A stretch of DNA of 64,000 nucleotides from Octopus vulgaris (Eukaryota): NCBI GenBank assembly GCA_951406725.2, contig OX597815.1, forward strand, positions 89,280,001 to 89,344,000, read 5' to 3'. The translations under genes were made by a program, and so were the position numbers. Positions 21,910 to 36,420 of the stretch are shown piece after piece (the stretch's first letter is position 1; each line of letters starts with the position of its first letter). A model generated the notes under the pieces. The model was not told the DNA's origin. It searched no databases and saw nothing but the letters and a program-made list of their open reading frames with translations.

Positions 21910-24900
21910 GCATGCACGAACCCTATACACACAAAAATCATGAAGTATAAACTCACAAATACACAGGCACACAGGCACACACAGAGAAACAGACACAAAC
22001 ACACATACACGCACATACCATCCCCATTAATGAATTATTTTTCCATAGTGTGTCTTGTTCTATTCTCCGTTATATTCTTGGTCATCTTTAAGAATGAATA
22101 AAAGCTATCACATTAAATGATATCACATTAAACCAGTGCAAATGCAGCGAAGATACATTATCTTGATCCAGTTCCACTTTATGAAGCCAATTCTTATGGA
22201 AAGAAAATAATAACTTTACACGAAGAAATGATGTACTTGACACATATAAGCCATGCGAATATTCCCATCTGGCCAGTCGGTCTATGTTTATTTTGTTTGT
22301 ACTCTCTGGTCTTGTAGATGAAAAGAATATGGCATTTTCCCCTAATGTATTTGATATGATGTGAAGCATAACAGTAATCGTATTCTTTTCAAATTAATAA
22401 ACTATCATATCGGTGCAGCCATATATGTTGTTACCATTTCGATTGGCAGATTGTGAATGACAATTTTTTCAGAAAGAAACTGTGCTGAAGTCTTTAAAAT
22501 TGACTATGAGGACCGCTGGTGAAATATGTGCAATGGTACACAACCACCTGAACAAATCGGCAGTTCTTGTGTTGTTCTGGGTTTGAAATGTAACTATAAG
22601 TCATATAAAGTGGTGGGATTTAATAACTATAGCTTTTGTTTCAGTGCAAAACTTGAGCCAACGAATTGAAAAAACTGTAAACTAGTTACATAAAAAGGTT
22701 TTCATCTTCTTAAATATCTTCATAACATTCCGACTAATATTTAGATGTTCTGTTTTAATAGGAATTAGATACATGCTTTACTGTATAGGCTATAATATTT
22801 CAAAGACTAAAATCTTTATTTTTTATAGAAACGAGCATTAGGTTGCATCGGAATTTATCGGAATCACAAATGGGTTAAAGTTTCATCGAAAAGAAGTAAT
22901 GTTGGCAGTATAAGTTGAGCAGAAACATGTTGATGCTGATTACCGTTAATTTGCAAGAAAACCACCAACTCCTGAATATTAATCCAATAATCAACTCAGT
23001 AATGCTAGAAGCAGTGGTTAGTATATCGTTTCAAGGCATCGTCTTTACAGTATGTTTAGGAAATTTAGGCTTAAGCGAAAAATTCCATATTGTGTCTACA
23101 GTATGTAACTAAATATTGCCAGTTTGACAACGAAACTATTACAATACAACATGAGGTAGAACTTGTGTTAGTGAATTAGGTTTTGCACGACTTTGCAGCT
23201 TCCGAGCAGTGACTAAATACTGTAGATGAGATGATAATTTAGATGATTAATATATCTTTATGTATAATTTTGGTCTTAAGTTTGTTTGAATAGATATATA
23301 TTAGGTACCATGCATGGTGTTAATTATCATTTTGTTTTCCAGTTTAGGATATTACTCTCTGGATAATGATACAAAAACTCTAGGAAGTTTGTTGAGGAGA
23401 AACTTTCTGCGATGACCTAGATTTTTTATGATTATCTTCTGTGTTATGAAGGAAAACCTCAATTAGATTCTGATCATATGGGGTATTATTAATATTTCCA
23501 AATCATAATAACTCTTTTATGTCAACGTGTAACAGAATGATCTTCATTGGGTGCACCATTTTCATATATTAGATAAAACAATAATTTTATCGTCTAATTT
23601 TCACGAAGAATCAAATAAACTGTAATCAAATGGCAACTTGGTAATATACCATTTAATACATTCATATCATCAAAGTTAATAAAGCTGTCATATAATACGA
23701 TTCGTTAATTTAAATTGAAATATCGCAAGAAGAATTATAGTGATTTGATATCGTCATAGTGAAGCCCTTTCATTCGTACTAAATTAAAATTAATTATACC
23801 ATCCACTTGCTAGATGCTTTCATCGGCAAGACCTACCAATTCGCAATTGCATTTATACAATAGATAGTTAATTTCTTTTTCAAGATATTTCGTTCATCAC
23901 TTAATAAACATCAACTTTAAAGAGATGATGTACGTCGCTAATTTTCAGCAAAGCCTTCCAGCTGTGATGTGCAATAAGAGAGTTTTCACGTTAACGCCTT
24001 CGCTATTTTTCGGTGACTAATAAATTGTATGCAACAATCTGTTTGTTAATATGTATTTGGCACATAGTTATGCACAAAAATTGATTGCCTTGCTTCCACT
24101 TGATTACAACATATCTGATCGTATTCCATATTCAGAATATACATTTGTACATATACAATTCTACATTAATATCTGTTATATTTACAGTAGATGGTATATT
24201 ATCATTTCAGAGAAATGACACAAACTTTGATAACATTGAAGATATGATACGCATAGAGATTTATATGACTACATCTTATATATTTATTCAAATATATGTT
24301 TCTCATGTCAATAGCAGAGGCTGGTAACTATTTAGAAGAAACATGCACAAACAAGCATGTATGCTTGTGTATGTTTGCCTTTCATTAACAGCATTTGCAA
24401 CATAGGCAGTCTGATGTATGAACCTGCTTTCCATTGAATATTATTAATAGCGGATAATAGATTGAGATATATATTAAAGCAAATCGACGTTTATAAATTT
24501 ATTGCATCCAGTTTGCCTTTACAATTTGATTATTAATTCTATTTCAGCTCTGTTGGGTTACTACTAAGCTCTTCCGATATGCCGGTAACTCTTTATTATA
24601 TTTGTAGGAAAGCAAAAGGTTCAAAGAGAAACATTTTCAAAGTTTGAAACATACAACGCTATTTCCCCTCAGAGTATAAAGCATGTAAATCCTATAAAAT
24701 GCTGTATTAAAGCGACAGCATTGACATAACCATATTCAGACCATACATAGTGAAATTTTACATAATATCTAAAATACCGTTTTGTACCAAATTGCTGCTA
24801 GATTTTAAGTATGCGAAACTAAAGATAATTTTTCTCCCTTTTGTTGCGAATAATAATAAAATCTCATTGCTTGAGATACTTAGAATAATAATACAAAAAA

Positions 24901-25488
24901 ATGTCTATTTACTGTTAAAAACTAAAGGGATTTTTAAATGTACAATATGTGTTTGAAGTGCTTTGAAGTAATTAAGGGCATATCTTGAAGGATTTTATAT
25001 TTTTATAATGAATAAATTTCTCTATGTTAATTTCAATGAATAAATTCCAATAGCATTCTCGTTAGATGCAGAACTAATGGCCGAAAAATGTGAAGATCAA
25101 ATATGTGGGTTTCGATTTGCTTTAATGGTAATAGGATTCCCCTGGAAATTACACATCTCAATGATTCCCAGAAAAGATTTGAGGCGTTATAATATATGCG
25201 GAGGACTTCATAGAAATCGCTTAGTAATGAAGTTATAATGTACATAGACACCTCCTCCCATCACATTGCGCTCACCTCTTTTCTCTCTGTTTCCATTTGT
25301 TACTTTCCCTCTTCCCTTCAGTCTCATTATATGTGTACGTATATATATATATATATATGCATATGTATGTATATATGTGTATATATAAAAACACGTAAGG
25401 ATAATATAAATGTTTAGAATGACGCAATAATTGTAATGCTCATACAAAGATAAATAACATCGTGTTACTGAAGGGAATACATGTTAGT

Positions 25489-25650
25489 AAGGCGGCGAGC
25501 TGGCAGAAAAATTTGGCACCTCGGTCTTTACGTTCTGAGTTCAAATTCCGCCGTGGTCGACTTTACCTTTCATCCTTTCGGGGTCGATAAATTAGTACCA
25601 GTTGTGTACTGGGGTCGATCTAATCGACTGGTCCTTTCCCCCAAAATTGT
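25489..25650 (+). mobile_element. SINE family B
   Basis: aaggcggcgagctggcagaa...gagttcaaattcc (B-box-like)...tttcatcctttcggggtcgataaattagtaccag...ggggtcgatctaatcgact. Confidence 0.88.
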
Positions 25651-26289
25651 CAGTATTTATTTCAATAAAACAACACGTATAGAATGGCTGTATATGCAAA
25701 TGATAATTGCTAGTTGTAATGACATATATATTAGTTCTAAATTCGATGGAATGAATATAGCAGGTGACAACAAAGCATCAGTAGTTACATATAATATAAA
25801 TATTAATCAGTTACATGCTAAATACTCATAACAGATTGGCGCTTTGTGGCATAGCCCTTGGCTCTGGATTCATTGAAAAAAATCCTTGATAGTACTCCCT
25901 AATAAATGTGTCCTATGGCGAACTGCCTTCAAACGTGATTTTGAATGCGCCTTACAGCTTTGATCTGATAGAAGCTCATCAGATGCTTTACTGGACTTAC
26001 GATATTATCTTAGGGAGTCACTATGCGCAAGTTGTTAGATATAATGAGGAGTAAGTAAATGGAACTTTAGGATAAGGGCTTCTCACATGAGTAGTAATGT
26101 CATTTCATAACTTCTAATTCAGTTCTAACTCACTATCAGAAAATCTATGGCTTGCGACGATTGAATAAGTAAGTGAAATATAAGGTATTAGACTCTGCCT
26201 AATAGTTTATATTAATTTCGCATGGTTACTATGTCAATCTATTCTTAAAACGAAAAATTAATCTTGCCTACTTCCTACCTGCGCAGATT

Positions 26290-26304
26290 ATATCTATCTA
26301 TCTA

Positions 26305-26385
<81 letters not shown>

Positions 26386-26423
26386 CATCTATCTATCTAT
26401 CTATATATCCATTCTATCTATCC

Positions 26424-26474
<51 letters not shown>

Positions 26475-26482
26475 AATCTATC

Positions 26483-26513
<31 letters not shown>

Positions 26514-26570
26514 CTATCTATCTGTCTATCTATCTATCTATCTACCTATCTATCTATATATCTACATACA
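26290..26570. repeat. Long (TATC)n tetranucleotide repeat
   Basis: About 280 bp of tatc units with scattered variants. Confidence 0.97.
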
Positions 26571-26619
26571 TATATATTTTATATGAATTTATATGAATAT
26601 ATGTTTTTTGTGTGTTTAG

Positions 26620-26620
26620 G

Positions 26621-26688
<68 letters not shown>

Positions 26689-26710
26689 TGTGTGTGAGTG
26701 TGTATGTGCA
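26620..26710. repeat. (TA)n(TG)n microsatellite
   Basis: Read directly. Confidence 0.95.
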
Positions 26711-27002
26711 TGAATTGAATGAAACTCTGGTCTATAACGCCTTAATATACACCGTGATGTAAAGGAGAAAAGTAATTCAAAATTATTGTAGTAAATGAAA
26801 CCTACACATTATATCTATTTGTCATCTGATAATAATGCTATTTTAGCAGTTAAGTAATTATAGAATTACACATACACAAACAACGATCCTTCCATTCACT
26901 TCTTAGACAGGTACTGAGACTACGTCACACACATTTAAGACTAGATATATCATATTCGCTAGAAACCGTAATCAGATCATGAAAAAACTGCTGAAATATT
27001 CA

Positions 27003-27622
27003 TTTCTACTCCAGGGACAAGGCCCGAAATATTTGGCGAGGTGACCAGTCGATTAGATCGACTTCAGTACGCAACTGGTACTTAAAATATCGGCCCCTGA
27101 AAGGATGAAAAGCAAAGTCGACCGCGGCGGAATTTGAACGTAAAGACAGACGAAATAACTATTTCTTTACTGCCCACAAGGGGCTACACACGGAGGATGA
27201 CAAACAAGGACAGACAAACGGATTAAGTCGATTAGATCGACCCCAGTGCGTAACTGGTACTTAATTTATCGACCCCGAAAGGATGAAAACCAAAGTCGAC
27301 CTCGGCGGAATTTGAACTTAAAACGTAGCGGCAGACAAAATACCGCTAAGCATTTCGCCCGGCGTGCTGACGTTTCTGCCAACTCGCCGGCTTATTAAAG
27401 CAATTATTATTTTCTACTCGAGGCACAAGGACCAAAATTTTGGGGGAGTAGGCGAGTCGAGTAGATCGACCACAGTACTCAACTGGTGCTTAATTTATCG
27501 ACCCCGAAAGGATGAAAAGCAAATTCGGCCTCGGTGGAATTTGAACTCACGTCGGTAAGACAGAGGAAGTATCGCTAAGCATTTTGCCCGGCGTGCTAAA
27601 GTTTCTGCCAGCTCGCAGCCTT
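27003..27622 (-). mobile_element. Three tandem SINE family B units
   Basis: Core aactggt...gaaaggatgaaaa...ggaatttgaac recurs at ~27075, ~27255 and ~27485. Confidence 0.9.
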
Positions 27623-28267
27623 AAAATATTGAAAACACCAAAGCAGTCAGCACTCCTAGGTTAAATTTGCAAATTTCATTGTTTTTATTAGAATTATATT
27701 ATAATTGAAGCAATATTATCTCAACAACCATGAAAGCATATTTGATATATTTTTCAGTCTCTCTAACAAGATATACGCAAATGCATATATTTATATTGTG
27801 AGATAATTTCATATAAAATATTTTCAATTTTATCCTCAAATGCAAGTGCTCTGTTTATGTATAAACGAGAAGTTTGCTTTTATGCATATCAAGTCTCTTC
27901 ATAAAATAATCTATACATATTTTCATTGCAATTCGTTAATATAACTTGAAAATACTTCATCGTATATATGTGTTTGTTAGAAATATTATGCGTTTCAGTA
28001 AGCACAAAACCGATCGATATTATTTGAATACAATTACCAGCTTAATGGTATAACGTTTTCATATATATTGAAAATAATATGTAATATAACTTTTCAAGAA
28101 TGAAATATGCTCAGGAATAAAACGTTGAATAGACACCAAATTAAAACAGGTCGCTCTCAAAATTTTGTCACGAATGTACGTGAAAATAATTGCTGTTAAA
28201 TAATATTGCTTTGATCTTAGAGTAAATGTCTGTTTCCGAAGATGTTGGCATCAATATGCAGAAATTA

Positions 28268-28305
28268 ATACATACATACATACATACATACATACATACA
28301 TACAT

Positions 28306-28377
<72 letters not shown>

Positions 28378-28422
28378 GCATACACACACACGCACGCGTA
28401 TATATATATATATATATATAAA
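28268..28422. repeat. (TACA)n(CA)n(TA)n microsatellite
   Basis: Read directly. Confidence 0.95.
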
Positions 28423-28599
28423 TACACGCAAACATGCTCACACAGAAGACGCATATAGATATTTCAATTAATAAATTAATTAGGTATGTAAAGGTAGATC
28501 ATTTATAGAAATAGTTAAATATTATTTATTCCTTGAAGAGAGAAATTATATACATATACACCATGCTCAAACAAACATACACATCCACACAATTGTCTG

Positions 28600-28750
28600 A
28601 ACATATGTATGTGTATGTGTGTATATATATGTACATATACATGTGCATGTATATATGTACATATACATATACATGTATATATATGTACATTTACCTATAC
28701 ATATGAATGCATGTATATATATAAATGTATATGTATATATATATATATAA

Positions 28751-28797
<47 letters not shown>

Positions 28798-28964
28798 AAT
28801 GTACATATATATATGTGTGTGCGTGTGTGTGTGAATCTGTGCAACAACTTAGACATGTGTATATGCTCACCGTGGTGTGAAGCTCGAGTTATGGTGTGAC
28901 AAACTCTCTGCTTCAGTTTTGATAGAAAATTCTGTCTTCTTCCGTACATACATATATACATACA

Positions 28965-29022
<58 letters not shown>
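28600..29022. repeat. Compound (TA)/(TG) tract and (TACA)n tract
   Basis: Read directly; (TACA)n spans ~28945-29022. Confidence 0.9.
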
Positions 29023-29024
<2 letters not shown>

Positions 29025-29029
29025 TGGCT

Positions 29030-30805
29030 GACAGCTGCTAACGCAAAATCTATTGTTACAAACAGAATTAAGCTATCAACAGGCATATTCTCAAATGATA
29101 GTTTATCTGTAATGGTGCTTGTACTGGCAGTCAATCGTTTGTCAGCCCTGTTAACAAAATGCCAAAGCTATATGCTGCGATATGCATAAAAGAATAAGGT
29201 TAATGTCACGCACACATTTTTTGTTGAAAACCTAAAATTATGTTCTGGTAATATGACCAACATCAAGAAAAAATTAGAACTAGTTACCACATTCTCATTA
29301 GCTATTGGAATGGAGATTTGTCAAGATAAATGATCATACATGATATGATCATTCGAGGAGAGATTTTCGATCAAGCAGAGAGCATGTACATCAATGGCTT
29401 GCCTATCTCTCTTATCGCTAATGATGAAAGCTACAAGTATATCGGAGTCAATGCGAATGTTGCATAAATTTATGCTGTGACTAAAGCTAGAATAACAAAA
29501 GATTACTTTTGTAGACTTCGGAGAATATGGAACACATAGCGCTTTTCATTTAACAAGAGCGTATCTCACAATACTTTTGCAGCACCAGTGCTAGTGCCAA
29601 CATATGAGATATTGGACAGGACACTCAATGAGATACGCAGCCTGGTACTCACCAGCACTGGCAACTTCCACATTAACAGTGACACCGATAGGATTTATGT
29701 GAGGCAATTGATGGCGGTAGAAGCATAAACAGCCTTTGAATGTTGCATTGTATCACTCAGACAGCGCTTGCCTAGCAGTAAGGAAAGAAATGAGCATATT
29801 CAATGCTTTCTCAAAAGTGAAAGCAACAGCAGATATTGAGGTGTTACTGTACCGTTATTTTGAAAATGCAACTGTCTCGTGCGACCCAAAGGGAGCTGGA
29901 ATGTCCGACATAAATAGAAGCTTGGAAGCGAAGCAGGCATCATACCAACAAAATGCAATGCATGGATACATATCCTGTATGGTAAGCTAGGGCACAACAA
30001 CAACATTGATAGGAAGAGTCTTCTGAACCTGCGAAAGATACATTACATCCCACCTAGAAGGATATGTCATCAATATCCAGGAATCGAAGATAGCTACTAA
30101 AGTCCTGGTATACAAAAAGGACAAATTACAAATTTGCACACTGCTATACTAGTATTAAAGATATCATCTACATCATCGGCAGCTATCCCAAAATGTCTTC
30201 TAGATAATTACCTATACATCAAAGGCAAGTCAGATCCAGCAGGTATTTACTCCTTTAAAAACAGGGAATACTGGTGGAATACTCCGATAAAAACATAAAT
30301 TCTGTCAAATATAACAGACCTGATATTGTTCTGTGAGACAGGGAACAAAAGTCATGTACTGTTGTAGAGTTCAGCTGCTCAGCAGAAGTGAATGTATAAT
30401 CAAAAGTCCAGGAGAAGGAGAACATTCATGGTGAATTAATGTGAAACATGGAGCTCTTGTACTCTGACTAAGATCTTATATTTTTACCTATCTTCATATG
30501 TGCATTAAATTGTGTACTAACTAATGTGTACAAATACCTAGTAACACTTGGTTTCACGGAAAAAGAGCAAATGCAACTGTCGCAGATTCTCCAAATCCAT
30601 TCTATTGTTGGCACAGTGAACATTTGTAAGACATTCCAGAAATTCCCATGTGAGATTCTTATATAAATAGATGCAGATACTTGGGTGTATGCATCGGCAT
30701 ATAAGCCAACACACTAACTCAAACACATATTCATAAACACCGGGAACTCTCTTGACTAAATAAGCCTTGTCGCTTTGTTAGAATAACTTAATTAAAAGAA
30801 AAGTC
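29030..30805 (+). mobile_element. Decayed, 5'-truncated R4-like RLE retrotransposon (family 3)
   Basis: GIFSNDSLSVMVLVLAVN (GIxQGDSLS), THTFFVENLKL (HxFFVDDLKL), YKYIG, GNFHINSDTDRIYV..DGGR, TSHLEGYVINIQE, EYWWN, YNRPDIVL*DREQKSCTVVEFSC, SIVGTVNICKTF; many stops. Confidence 0.85.
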
Positions 30806-31049
30806 ATATACATATATACGAGCTAATAGTGAAGCATTAACAATTCGGACTAAATAGTTCATAAGCCCTATGTTGGTACTCTAGGCTAACAATATTGTTT
30901 AGATTAGTGAAGAACTCCAAGTATTCTTATGGCAGGGTCTGAGTTTATGGTTCATAGTAATTCTATCGGTATATTCTTGGTTATGGTCTATAACCAATCA
31001 GAATCTTACCTTATGTTTCGACAACTATTGCATTCGATAATATTTAGTA

Positions 31050-31200
31050 TCAAATTTTGGCACAGGACTAGCAATTTCGTGGAAAGGAGTAAATCAATTA
31101 TATCGATCGCAGTGGTCAATTGGTTCTTATTTTATGAACCCTGGAAGGATGAAAAGAAGAGTCAGTCCCGGCAGCTTTTGAACTCAGAACGTAAAATCAG
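31050..31200 (-). mobile_element. SINE family B, diverged
   Basis: ttttggcacaggactagcaatttc...ggaaggatgaaaag...ttgaactcagaacgtaa. Confidence 0.7.
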
Positions 31201-31234
31201 AAAAGCTGTACCCATATCTTATCTATAACTATTC

Positions 31235-31790
31235 TCTCCAATAAAGCCCTGCCCTCATCGTTGTAGCGATCGGGTCAACTTTGATAGATCGATCTCCATC
31301 CGATTGAGCTTATGCATTTCTATAAGGTTTATTGGCACTGATCCCGCACAAACATTGCAGAAGTGATGCTTATTGTGGATGATTTCGTAAGCAGAACCAA
31401 GACAAATTTCAGAGAACATACCATCTCATCGATAACCACTCGTCGGTTCTCCAGATCCGTCCCTCAAGCTTCACGATTGTCCAGATCCTCCCTCTTCGTG
31501 CTTCACGCTTGTCCATACAGTTTTAGGCTTCGCGATCCACTTATACACACTTCTACACGGTAGAGGGTTGTCCCCGCAGTGTACAGAAAACTTGTGTTGA
31601 ATTGCAACCCTTGGTGCACGATTAAATCAGATTTCTATTCTTCTTTGGTGAACACTACCGTGGAGTGACAATGTTTACTCTGTAACACAAGAGCTAAAAC
31701 TGGGACGATAGAGGTCAAACGTAACTACAAGAGTGACACACTTTAGCATGCGAGTGCTGACGGCAGTGCATCGAAACTAAAGAAAGTTTT
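31235..31790 (-). mobile_element. Mariner 5'-half remnant
   Basis: Minus strand: FTKEE..., GDNPLPCRSVYKWI, LENRRVVIDEM, GSAYEIIHNKHHFCNVCAGSVPINL (decayed GS...I.H..L...V.ARWVP..L). Confidence 0.7.
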
Positions 31791-33014
31791 GGTAAGTCTT
31801 CCATGTTCAACTGATGCTGACACTATGTAGATAAGACATCACGGGAGAGGCATTTTAAGGCCTACACCAGCCGGAAACGTATAGTTTTATTCATATGTTA
31901 TGTGACTAGAAGCAGAATATTTGTATATCCTTTCATATTTTAAGGATAGAAAGACATCAGTAAGAAATGTTGTACCTCTTTCTGAGAGGTATAGCGACCG
32001 CATTTATAGTTTCTGGTTGTCTACATTCATCACAGTTAAATTCACTTAAATTTAAAAGGAATACGACTAATGGCATTACTTGAGTATTGCACTGTTCATT
32101 TCCTTCTCGTTGGTTTACTTCCGGTCGGGGTCATATAATATACTATACTTCCCTCTAGTAAATTTATGAACTTGCGTAGATGTAGGGTATCACTTTTCAA
32201 CAAAATTTTATACTTCACCACAAAGTGCGATACAAAGTTCTGTCAAAATGGGAGGCATTGAAAGTATCACACTTCCCTTATTTCCAGTTAGGGAAATGTT
32301 TGAAGGACTTGCATTTATTCATATTCCCCTCTCTTGAATATTATTGTGTCTAGTCACATTGAAATTCGTATTGATCTTAACCTCTCGGGAATTCATGAGA
32401 GAAATACAATCCTAGCAATCCCACATACTGATATATTTCAATTTATGCCTAAACACATTTAATTTCCCTTAATGTCTCATGAAAAGAACGAATGTTTCAA
32501 AACCTCGTTTTCCTTCTCATAAACATACATCTCTTAGGTGCCTCATCAAAAGAAGTTAATGTTAAATTCAATTTGCGTAAAGAAAAGTAAAACTTAAATT
32601 TCAGCTCATACTATGAGGAAATTATAAACCGGTTTTTATATCTTTAAAACCCTATAGCAATACCAAAGCCGCGTTGTAAGAACACCAATGAGGATTTAGT
32701 TGTTTTATAGTTACCTAGAACCAATACGCCTGACGAAGCCGAGACAACTCCCAGCTATTCCCGAAAAATATTGAAAAATAAATCTATTTAAGCTAAACAG
32801 AATTGCAACATTCTTACTGCTTATATAGTAGTCTTGTTCATGCCCTATGGCATCTCTTTACATCTAAATTACTTGGAGCATTTGAATATTTAAGTATGTT
32901 TGTGTAAACCACAATAAGATATCTGCCATATGTTGTCGACCAGCGATTCAATTATTTTTTCAACATGGCATTTACTTTACCTATTGAATCCAGGAGTGGA
33001 CTCTAATAATGATG

Positions 33015-33137
33015 AACTCTTCTGAGTTAAATTCCACCATCGGGGTAGAGAAAATAAGTACCGGTTGAACTCTGTGGTCAATGAAATTGACTTATCCATC
33101 CCCTAGAATTACTGGCCTTGAGCCAAAGTTTGGAGTC
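33015..33137 (+). mobile_element. SINE family B, diverged and internally deleted
   Basis: ttctgagttaaattccacc...aaaataagtaccggttg...ggccttgagccaaagtttg. Confidence 0.6.
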
Positions 33138-34330
33138 ATTATTATAATTAAGATACTTTTAATTACATAATCATTGCAATTTCCGGAATTCTCGTTTAGA
33201 GAGCTTTACTCATGATTCCTAATACACCACCCCAACTAGGTATTACTATGTATCTAAATGCTTCTTCTACATCTGTTCAGAAACGCATTGCATTTCTCTT
33301 TCGTGTTTTTATTCCTTGTATGCCATTCAGGCTATTTTATCTCCTCAACCAATAGCGTGCGATGCGCAACAAGCACAAATGTAACTATTATAGCTGAGCC
33401 GCAAAAATAATATTTTCAGTAAAATTGCACAAATCAAACATAAACACATATAACATGATTCTTCGCAAGTTATTCACTTTTCTACAATAAATTTGCTAAC
33501 TGAAACCGAACACATTCCTCGACAATAAGCGAATGAGGGCCTTTATGATATATCTGAATGTTTAAAAATCAATATATCATCAACTTGCTATAGTACATGG
33601 GCACCTTTAAGAACACTAATGTTGGTGTCAGCTTTGTAAGGCTTAATATAACCAGGCGCACACACGATCAGTTAATTGGTCTAGTTTAGCCCCCAGGCTG
33701 TCTGATTTCTGTCTTCTTTCCATTTTATGAGGCAGACACATATGAATTAAGCTAAAAGGCTTTTATTCTTTACATAAACCTTTATCTATCTAATGAATAT
33801 TTTGTTTCCACAATATGTTTTTCCTTGTGGTTATACTTAGAATGAATAGTTTGAATATCTTTATAGCATATACAAATGTTTACACGAAATACTGAAAAAT
33901 AACACAATTCCCGAATTGGGTCATTATGACTATCCATGATAAACATATTCAAATATAAGATGTGGATATACACTAGTTGGTGGTTTTGATTTGTAAAGCA
34001 GCTACGTAGGTGGAAGATGGCAATGTAATATTATGTAGCAGTATATTGACGTTTAGGAAATGCATTGCAAGATTGACCTTGACTCGCTTACCTATTCATT
34101 GCGGCGTTTCAAAAGAAAATGAGTTTAAAATATTTACTGAGTTGGTTTTTTTTCTTCTGTATTTCTGAACAATCACAGGAACTTCTATTACTTGAAACAT
34201 GATCTAACAATAATTATTCCCTTGGACTGATAATCTAAGTATATTTTCAGTAGGTAGTGAGCCAAAACCACGCAGTATTCAGTATTCTTTACTTATTAAC
34301 CCACATGCGCATTTTATGCACACCTACTAA

Positions 34331-34538
34331 GCCATAGCATTTAAACCGTCCATATCAAGATTACAGTAGTCTATGCATTTATGTTCAAGCCAAATCAGGC
34401 ATCATCCACCTGCCCTGCAATATCAGTGTGAACATTAAATTTCATCAATTTCAAAATTACAAGATAGTGCATGTTTAATTAAAAAGAATGTGAATAAATA
34501 AGCACTACGTTTAACAGAAAAATGTGAATGCTAAATGG
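34331..34538. mobile_element. piggyBac-like MITE, diverged
   Basis: Left end ctaa|gccatagcatt and right end aatgctaaatgg|ttaa form an imperfect TIR with TTAA at the right junction; about 210 bp, non-coding. Confidence 0.5.
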
Positions 34539-35559
34539 TTAAGCTTAACATTGAAGTGAATGCTAATTCTCATCTGTAATATAACCAAAACCAAATCTTT
34601 GAATACACAACCGGAAACTATGAATTAAAATCGGACAACACTAATAAAAGAAATTATCCTATGTATTATCATTATCCTCTTTGCAGTACCTGTCTTCTCC
34701 TTTCCCAATTTACTTCATTAGTATTATATTTTCATCATTTTTAGTTTTATTTACCCTCATATTTTGGCTATTGAATTATTAGTTGCTCGTTTCATTTATT
34801 TTGCAAGGAAAAAAAATAAGAAGCCTGAAGGCAATATTACTTTATTGTGACTTAAATCATTGTTTGGGGGAAGTATATCATATAATATTAATATATCACC
34901 TGAATTATTTTCTCTTCTTTTCCTTTTCAAATATAAGGATCTTAAGATTTGTATCTAGCTGCTATTTCGAATTGATTGAATCTCTATTTTACGAAGTAAC
35001 TAAGGTTCAATTCTTCCTTATGTGAAGAGGAAGGAAAAAAGACAAAACATTTAGCAAAGAAGAAGTTAGGAAAATATACAAAGCATTTCACTGTGATGAA
35101 ATAACTTTATCACCGCTGTTCATTAATTCTGTAGATTCGAAGTAAACTATATTTTTTATCTTAATCGCTTCATCTTAAACATTTAGGTTCTCATGTTTGC
35201 CACACCTAGTTATATTAGTTAATACCTTAATGTATTTTAAAACTGTTCTGGTAAGGAGTAAGAGAATGAGTCCCTGGTCAACATGTGGGGCAATATCTTC
35301 TCATTTGAGCAGAGTAGGGTGTACGTTAGTGTATGTTTCATTTTCGGGATCGTCTGTCACGTAGTACAGGATATAACTTGGTAGATAAAAGTGGTACTGA
35401 CTCTTGATTTCTTTTTATCTTTGTACTGTTATTATTTATTGGTCATAAGTGCAGAGGTGACAATAAATCCTACGTATGCTGGGAGGGATGCATATATTTC
35501 TAAGCCTGAATGACCCCTAAAGATTACAGGACCACTCACACAAATCTCCGTTTTGAGCT

Positions 35560-36420
35560 TAGAAATTCATTGAAGCTATCGGTGCAGCGCGTAAAACCGA
35601 TTTGCAACAACACAAATCACTCGAGGGCTTTCTGCTCTGAGGAGCAGTTAAGCCAGAGGAATAAAAAGGGTCTAAACCACTCCTTCCATGAATAAAATCC
35701 TATGCGTTTGCAACAAACGGGAGCAAATGAAGGCTTGGGAGACGTGACAGACTGTTGAGGAGACAAAGAAAAACATTAATATAAGGAATTCGGTGAGAGT
35801 AAATGAAATGGTCACATGCACTCGAAAAGAATTTCACTCCAAAGGACTGCACGACATTCACGCTTGTGTGATTTAGCTAAATGATCTTCTGAGATATGAG
35901 TTAAAACCAATAAGAATACCACTTCTGTGTTTTATGTTTTGGCACTTGACTACAACAAGCTGGCAAATGGTGTCAAACAATAAGGGTCACCTCAGCATTT
36001 TTCCATGAAAATTTTCTGACAAACTCATAATTTGGCAACGAAGTCACCAGGACTTGTCGCTGACCTAATGACGTATTGAATAAAAGAAATTGACAAGTGG
36101 TGGGCTCTAAGGGAAACACACTGATACGTGTTCAGGGAAAGTCTGCATGAACGTGCTGGTGGTGTTAAACTAGGAAGATCGCAAAGAAATTTTCCACCTT
36201 TACTTCTTTCTACGTGCAAGAAGAAAGTTAAGCCACTTAATATTTTCTGCTCAGAGAAGTTTGAAAAGCAGTGAAGAGAAAATAGAGGCAGAAACATTCC
36301 AGAAGTGATTTTTTCCAGAACACGAGTTGCACTCCCGAGCTCAGCTTGAGGAACCGACTATAACAGTACTCCCCGGCAAAGAATACTTGAGTGTTCACGT
36401 AAAGCACCCTGATGTCATGA
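35560..36420 (-). mobile_element. Possible very old LINE remnant
   Basis: Raised GC content; minus-strand DLPSLTPPARSCRLSLNTYQCVSL...SISFI loosely resembles a CR1/L2-type C-terminus. No catalytic motif seen. Confidence 0.25.

Noticed and set aside
23152-23215. TGAGGTAG let-7-like seed with a weak foldback
   Set aside because: The remainder does not match let-7 and the stem relies on many G-U pairs and bulges.
32730-32752. CTGACGA-AGCC-GAGA hammerhead-like string
   Set aside because: GAAA is broken and no stems form.
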